DNA of 64,000 nt from Alistipes sp. Its GTDB lineage: Bacteria; Bacteroidota; Bacteroidia; Bacteroidales; Rikenellaceae. The stretch is taken from positions 5,384 to 69,383 of the forward strand of contig JAFYRL010000009.1 of NCBI GenBank assembly GCA_017546975.1. The letters are read 5' to 3'. The notes below the pieces were generated by a model, which worked only from the letters and a program-made list of their open reading frames with translations, searched no databases and was not told the DNA's origin. The translations under genes were made by a program, and so were the position numbers. Numbering within the stretch: position 1 is the stretch's first letter; the number at the start of each line of letters is the position of its first letter. Below, piece by piece: positions 59,086 through 64,000 of the stretch.

Positions 59086-59862
59086 CTATTTCTTTGAATT
59101 GCACTCCGAGCAATGATGATGCTCGCCAAGTATAGTGTGCGGAATATCGCCGTGAGAAATTAGTTGTATTGGACAATCATAGTTACGGAGTTGCTCCTCG
59201 GTGATTACATTGGAGTCGTGACGGTGTACATGACGGTTGACACACACAATGCTACGCACAACACTCGATATAGTACCCAAGTCGTGTGACACCATGATAA
59301 TTGCCATCTCCTTACTTAGCTCCTGAAGAAGACTATACAACTCATTCTCAAAGCGGTTGTCTACAAAGTTAGCTGGCTCATCCAATACCAAAAGTCGTGG
59401 GTTAGAGATGATAGCTCTACAAAGCATAACACGCTGTAGTTGACCCCCTGAAAGTTCGCCAATTGAGCGATTTTTTAGCTCGCTAAGGTGTGCCTTTTCA
59501 AGCACTTCATCAACGCGTCTGCGCTCATCTGCGCCATACCTATGCAACAGGCTCTGTTCAGCTTGTAGTCCTGACATTACCACCTCACCAACAGATATAG
59601 GAAATGCTTTGTCGAATGATGATATCTGTGGGAGATAACCGATATGTGGCTTTTTATGGCGCAATAGGGTGGTGCTATACTCTATATCTCCACTATGCGG
59701 CACAACGCCCATAATAGCCTTTACAAGAGTACTCTTTCCACCTCCATTCGGACCTATAATACCAATGAAATCGTTATCGTAGATAGTCAGGTTAACATGC
59801 TCAAGCGCCGTAACCTTATCGTAGCACACACCTAGGTTAGTTATGGTAATAATTGGTTCCAT
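59086..59862 (-). CDS. znuC: metal (Zn/Mn) ABC transporter ATP-binding protein
   Basis: GPNGGGKST, IGYLPQ, LSGGQLQRV, LDEP, His/Cys-rich tail. Confidence 0.85.
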   Translation of the reverse strand: MEPIITITNLGVCYDKVTALEHVNLTIYDNDFIGIIGPNGGGKSTLVKAIMGVVPHSGDIEYSTTLLRHKKPHIGYLPQISSFDKAFPISVGEVVMSGLQAEQSLLHRYGADERRRVDEVLEKAHLSELKNRSIGELSGGQLQRVMLCRAIISNPRLLVLDEPANFVDNRFENELYSLLQELSKEMAIIMVSHDLGTISSVVRSIVCVNRHVHRHDSNVITEEQLRNYDCPIQLISHGDIPHTILGEHHHCSECNSKK

Positions 59863-59870
59863 GCAATTCA

Positions 59871-60713
59871 CTACTTACTACAGATGATCGTTGTTACTCG
59901 CTTAATCTCAGCGATTATATCTTCAGATAGAGGATCAACCTCGACAACCTCAGCATCGCACTCCATAGCCAACGAACTAAGCTTATCCTTGCCATACTGT
60001 GGCTGTATAAGCAATTTTGTTATACCATGGTTTCTTGCCTTTTCTACCAACGATGTAAGCTGTCGTGGTGATGGCTCCTTACCGTCATGCTCAATAGAAA
60101 TCTGCTCAATATTATAGTCGCGTGCATAGTATGTAAAGGCCGGATGATAAATCATGATAGCATCAACATTAGCACTATCTATAGAATTACTACACAATGA
60201 GTCAAGAGCATTTAGCTCATCTAATAGTTTATCTACAGCAGCGTGATACTTTGCCGAATCCGCAGGGAGTGATGCCCCGATATTTTTTACCATTCTTTGC
60301 AATGCACGAGGCGAGGTCCAAATATGAGGATCTATGCCATGCTTATGGTGGTGATGACCATGCGAACAGCTACCCTCCATAAGCTCAATACCCTCAGAGA
60401 GGTTAACTATACGCTCGCTATTCTCCACTGAGCTAATCAGTGTCTGTTCAAAGTTAATAAGTCCTGTAGAGTAGATAAACTCAGCGTTATTTAGCGTCAT
60501 AAGATCCTTCATAGTAGGCTCAAAACTCTCTGGACTTGCACCCTTAGGTACAAGCACATCTACACTATAATCACCACATACGATCTCCTCGACAAGACTC
60601 TTGAGCGGTGATATAGTTACACATATAGTCTTTTTACCATCTGTATCCGAACTACTACCACAGCCACATAGCAACGCTATAGATAATATAAATATAGTTA
60701 TTCTCTGCATCAT
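59871..60713 (-). CDS. znuA: metal (Zn/Mn) ABC transporter substrate-binding lipoprotein
   Basis: Lipobox CGC, His-rich loop, DPHIWTSP, YHPAF.Y, GKEPS. Confidence 0.85.
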   Translation of the reverse strand: MMQRITIFILSIALLCGCGSSSDTDGKKTICVTISPLKSLVEEIVCGDYSVDVLVPKGASPESFEPTMKDLMTLNNAEFIYSTGLINFEQTLISSVENSERIVNLSEGIELMEGSCSHGHHHHKHGIDPHIWTSPRALQRMVKNIGASLPADSAKYHAAVDKLLDELNALDSLCSNSIDSANVDAIMIYHPAFTYYARDYNIEQISIEHDGKEPSPRQLTSLVEKARNHGITKLLIQPQYGKDKLSSLAMECDAEVVEVDPLSEDIIAEIKRVTTIICSK

Positions 60714-60826
60714 ACTAACATCTATTGCACAATTATTGGGCAAAGGTATTAAAAAGTAGGTAAAAGTTTTGCTTTTATCTCTATTTTTTTAGATATTTGC
60801 CTCTTGGAATATAAAACATGTGCAAA

Positions 60827-62011
60827 ATGATTAAGAATATAACCGAAAAGATAAAGTATATCGGCGTAGATGATACCGATATTGATCTATTTGAGAGTCA
60901 GTATGTAGTGCCTCATGGCGTATCGTACAACTCATACCTCATCATGGATGAGAAAGTAGCGATTATGGATACGGTAGATTACCGCAAGCATGAGGAGTGG
61001 CTTAATAATCTTGAAACAGCTTTGGAGGGTCGCACCCCTGATTACCTTGTTGTCCAGCACCTTGAGCCAGATCACGCAGGCTCTATTGCTAAGGTTTTGG
61101 AGCGTTACCCAACGCTACAGATTATTGCATCTGATAAGGCTGTTAAGATGTTGCCTCAGTTCTATTTCGATATCAATATCGAGGGCAAGACTATTGGTGT
61201 CAAGGAGGGTGGTACACTATCTCTTGGTGGCCGCACACTTCACTTCGCCATGGCACCTATGGTACACTGGCCAGAGGTTATGGTTACCTATGATAGCACA
61301 GACAAGGTTCTCTTCTCGGCTGATGGTTTCGGTAAGTTCGGAGCATTGTGCTACGATGATGAGTGGGAGTGTGAGGCTCGTCGCTACTATATAAATATAT
61401 GTGGCAAGTATGGCGCGCCTGTACAGACTCTTCTAAAGAAGGCTGCCGCACTCGATATCGCTATCATCTGTCCATTGCATGGTCCAGTGCTTACAGAAAA
61501 CTTGGGTCATTACATCAGTCTATACGACACATGGAGCAAGTACGAGCCAGAGGATGAGGGAATCTTTGTTGCCTACGCATCTATTCACGGCAATACTCGC
61601 GAGGTAGCCGAGAAGTTCGCTGACATCTTGCGTGCTAAGGGTGCAAAGAAGGTTGTTGTCTCAGACCTTGCGCGCGTAGACATGTCGGAGGCAGTAGAGG
61701 ATGCCTTCCGTTATAGCCACTTGGTTGTAGCTGCAGCATCCTATGACTCAGATGTATTTCCCCCTATGCACGACTTCTTGCACCACCTTGCTATCAAGGG
61801 TTACTGCAAGCGCCGCATAGGCATTATCGAGAATGGCTCATGGGCACCTTCAGCAGGTCGTGCTATGCGTAATATTATCGACAGATTTAAGGATGTAGCT
61901 GTGGTAGAGGATATTGTAACAATCATATCACGCCTTAAACCAACTGATATTCCTGCCTTGGAGCAGTTGGCTGATGCGATGTTAGCAGCTAAGTGTGAGC
62001 GTTGCTCATAG
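60827..62011 (+). CDS. fprA: flavodiiron protein (FprA family)
   Basis: SYNSYLI, HLEPDH, PMVHWPE, FSADGFG, flavodoxin domain YASIHGNT. Confidence 0.94.
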   Translation: MIKNITEKIKYIGVDDTDIDLFESQYVVPHGVSYNSYLIMDEKVAIMDTVDYRKHEEWLNNLETALEGRTPDYLVVQHLEPDHAGSIAKVLERYPTLQIIASDKAVKMLPQFYFDINIEGKTIGVKEGGTLSLGGRTLHFAMAPMVHWPEVMVTYDSTDKVLFSADGFGKFGALCYDDEWECEARRYYINICGKYGAPVQTLLKKAAALDIAIICPLHGPVLTENLGHYISLYDTWSKYEPEDEGIFVAYASIHGNTREVAEKFADILRAKGAKKVVVSDLARVDMSEAVEDAFRYSHLVVAAASYDSDVFPPMHDFLHHLAIKGYCKRRIGIIENGSWAPSAGRAMRNIIDRFKDVAVVEDIVTIISRLKPTDIPALEQLADAMLAAKCERCS

Positions 62012-62037
62012 TGCATACGACACATCAAGACATTAGA

Positions 62038-62070
62038 GCCACCAGCAGTTTTATCTGTTGGTGGTTTTTT
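62038..62070 (+). terminator. terminator after fprA
   Basis: CCACCAGCAG/CTGTTGGTGG stem followed by a T run. Confidence 0.8.
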
Positions 62071-62138
62071 ATTGCAAAAAAGTTTTTACCAACCATGATT
62101 TTTTCATATCTTTGTGGGATATAATATACACTACTGAT

Positions 62139-63011
62139 ATGATAAAGTCAATGACAGGCTTCGGTAAGGGCGAGGCCGTTTGTAATGATAAGAAGTTTAG
62201 AGTAGAGCTAAGATCAGTAAACTCAAAGCAGCTCGACCTAAACATCAAGATTCCAGGCAAGTATCGTGCCGCAGAGGCAGAGGTGCGCGCTATTCTTACG
62301 CGTGAACTACAGCGCGGCAAGGTTGATTGTTTTATCTCTTTCGAGAGCAGTGTTGCAGAAACCTCAGCACACATCAACCGCGAGGCCTTTGCAGCCTATG
62401 CAAAGGAGCTTAAGGAGGTATGTGCAATGAACTCTGTAACTGCGGATGGTGACTATTTCCTTAGTGCTATTTTGCGCATGCCTGATGTTATCACTTCTGA
62501 GGAGCAGGAGGTTAGCGAGGATGAGCTAAAGGCAATTATTGTTGCAGCAGAGCAGGCAGCAGAGCAGCTTAACGCCTTCCGTATTCAGGAGGGTGCAATA
62601 CTTATTGCTGATCTACTTAAGCGTATCGACCTTATTGAACAGTATCGCCACGAGGTTGAACCATACGAGACTGCGCGCGTGGATATTATAAAGAGCCGCA
62701 TTCGCGAGAATATCGAGAAACTTGCTATCGAGGTTGACAACAACCGCTTGGAGCAGGAGATGATTTTCTATATCGAGAAGCTCGATATTACTGAGGAGAA
62801 GGTACGCCTCGACAACCACTGCTCATACTTCCGTGAGGTGGCAGCAGAAGAGGATGCTCCAGGTCGCAAACTTGGCTTTATTGCCCAGGAGCTTGGTCGC
62901 GAAATTAACACCATGGGCTCGAAGTCTAATGAGGCTAATATGCAGCGCTTGGTAGTTAAGATGAAGGATGAATTAGAGAAGATTAAAGAGCAAGTGCTCA
63001 ATATTTTATAA
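62139..63011 (+). CDS. yicC: YicC/YloC family endoribonuclease
   Basis: MIKSMTGFG, SVNSK, RGKVD, DITEEKVRL, GRKLGF..QE.GREINT.GSK. Confidence 0.93.
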   Translation: MIKSMTGFGKGEAVCNDKKFRVELRSVNSKQLDLNIKIPGKYRAAEAEVRAILTRELQRGKVDCFISFESSVAETSAHINREAFAAYAKELKEVCAMNSVTADGDYFLSAILRMPDVITSEEQEVSEDELKAIIVAAEQAAEQLNAFRIQEGAILIADLLKRIDLIEQYRHEVEPYETARVDIIKSRIRENIEKLAIEVDNNRLEQEMIFYIEKLDITEEKVRLDNHCSYFREVAAEEDAPGRKLGFIAQELGREINTMGSKSNEANMQRLVVKMKDELEKIKEQVLNIL

Positions 63012-63023
63012 TTAGTCATAGAA

Positions 63024-63584
63024 ATGGGTAAGTTAGTGATATTTTCAGCCCCAAGTGGCTCTGGTAAGACAACCATCGTCAAGGAGTTATTGAAGCGTTT
63101 CGACTGCTTCGAGTTCTCAATCTCGGCAACATCGCGTCAACCTCGCGGTGCTGAGCAGAATGGTGTAGACTACTATTTTCTCACAAACGAAGAGTTTAAG
63201 GAGCGTGTTGCGCGCAACGAATTCGTCGAGTGGGAGGAGGTATATCAGGGTGCATGCTATGGCACACTCAAGAGCGAGATGGAGCGCATCTGGAACAATG
63301 GCAAGGTAATCATCTTTGATGTTGATGTCATGGGAGGTATCAACCTTAAGCGTCTATTTGGAGAAGATGCATGTTCAATGTTTATCATGCCACCATCTAT
63401 AGAGGAGCTTGAGCGCCGCTTGCGTGGTCGCGGCACCGATGCTGAGGAGGTAATCCAGAAGCGTGTTGCCAAGGCTGAATTTGAGATATCTAAGGCTCCA
63501 GAGTTTGACCATGTTGTTATCAACGACAAGCTCGATGTTGCCGTAGATGAGGCTACTGAAATTATCACTCGCTTTCTAAAGTAA
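63024..63584 (+). CDS. gmk: guanylate kinase
   Basis: SAPSGSGKTT, SISATSR.PR..E.NGVDYYF, YGTL. Confidence 0.97.
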   Translation: MGKLVIFSAPSGSGKTTIVKELLKRFDCFEFSISATSRQPRGAEQNGVDYYFLTNEEFKERVARNEFVEWEEVYQGACYGTLKSEMERIWNNGKVIIFDVDVMGGINLKRLFGEDACSMFIMPPSIEELERRLRGRGTDAEEVIQKRVAKAEFEISKAPEFDHVVINDKLDVAVDEATEIITRFLK

Positions 63585-63592
63585 GAATTGAT

Positions 63593-64000
63593 ATGAAAAA
63601 GCGCATGTTACTATACTTCGGCTCGTTTGACCCTGTACACAATGGTCATATTGCACTTGCCGAATATGCTATAGAGCGCAACCTTGCAGATGAGGTTGCA
63701 CTCATTATCTCGCCGCAAAATCCATTCAAGGCAGATGTGCTTCAGACCCCTGAGTACACCCGCTATGAGATGACAGAAATGGCGTGTAAGGCATCTAAGT
63801 ATCCAGAACAGATTAAGCCATCGGTTATTGAGTTCGTACTTGAAAAACCTTCATACACAATCAATACTCTCGATTACCTAAAGGAAAATTGTGGCGACAC
63901 AATGGAGTTCGCCATCATCACCGGCAGTGATATCTGGGAGCGTTTTGATGAGTGGAAGGACTATGAACGCATACTCAATGAGTACAAAATATATGTATAT
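63593..64000 (+). CDS. nadD: nicotinate-nucleotide adenylyltransferase, 3'-partial
   Basis: Translated by hand: MKKRMLLYFGSFDPVHNGH...SPQNPFK...PSYTINTL...GSD...WK; follows gmk. Confidence 0.93.
   Translation, partial: MKKRMLLYFGSFDPVHNGHIALAEYAIERNLADEVALIISPQNPFKADVLQTPEYTRYEMTEMACKASKYPEQIKPSVIEFVLEKPSYTINTLDYLKENCGDTMEFAIITGSDIWERFDEWKDYERILNEYKIYVY

Noticed and set aside
59086-60713. znuA-znuC without a permease as an incomplete system
   Set aside because: The permease is often encoded separately in Bacteroidales; nothing here indicates loss.
1112-63568. Many 60-190 aa ORFs antisense to or overlapping well-supported genes (e.g. 22919-23479, 29545-30078, 54771-55310)
   Set aside because: Shadow ORFs of conserved genes, with no motifs or independent expression signals.
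1-64000. CRISPR arrays, tRNA/rRNA genes, transposases, integrases, reverse transcriptases
   Set aside because: No regularly spaced repeats, cloverleafs or relevant protein motifs seen in the intergenic gaps or ORFs.

Overview
A gene-dense, mostly housekeeping chromosomal segment from a Bacteroidota bacterium. The assignment rests on TAnnTTTG promoters and Bacteroidota-typical families; Rikenellaceae/Alistipes-like is my inference. It holds about 60 CDS: coaE, folP, aroE, mnmA, hisS, ettA, rubrerythrin, an ECF sigma/anti-sigma/DUF4252 operon, a DcaP-like porin, two efflux operons, ald, sufBCDS, tmk, ruvA, dacA, panCD, msrA, mscL, umuDC, AddAB-like helicase/nuclease, two M16 and two M23 peptidases, alaS, gpmI, znuA/C, fprA, yicC, gmk and a partial nadD. 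I saw no tRNA, rRNA, CRISPR array, transposase, integrase or prophage, and no clear-cut new multi-gene system. The best leads are: (i) a pseudoknotted candidate leader RNA at 9765-9844; (ii) MITE/REP-like hairpin elements between convergent genes, one present twice; (iii) sigma-54-like boxes before the porin and both efflux operons; (iv) an ATPase-less ABC-type exporter; (v) umuDC coupled to the end of an addAB gene run; (vi) a 57-aa winged-helix gene missing from the ORF track. All calls are by eye; no database searches were run.
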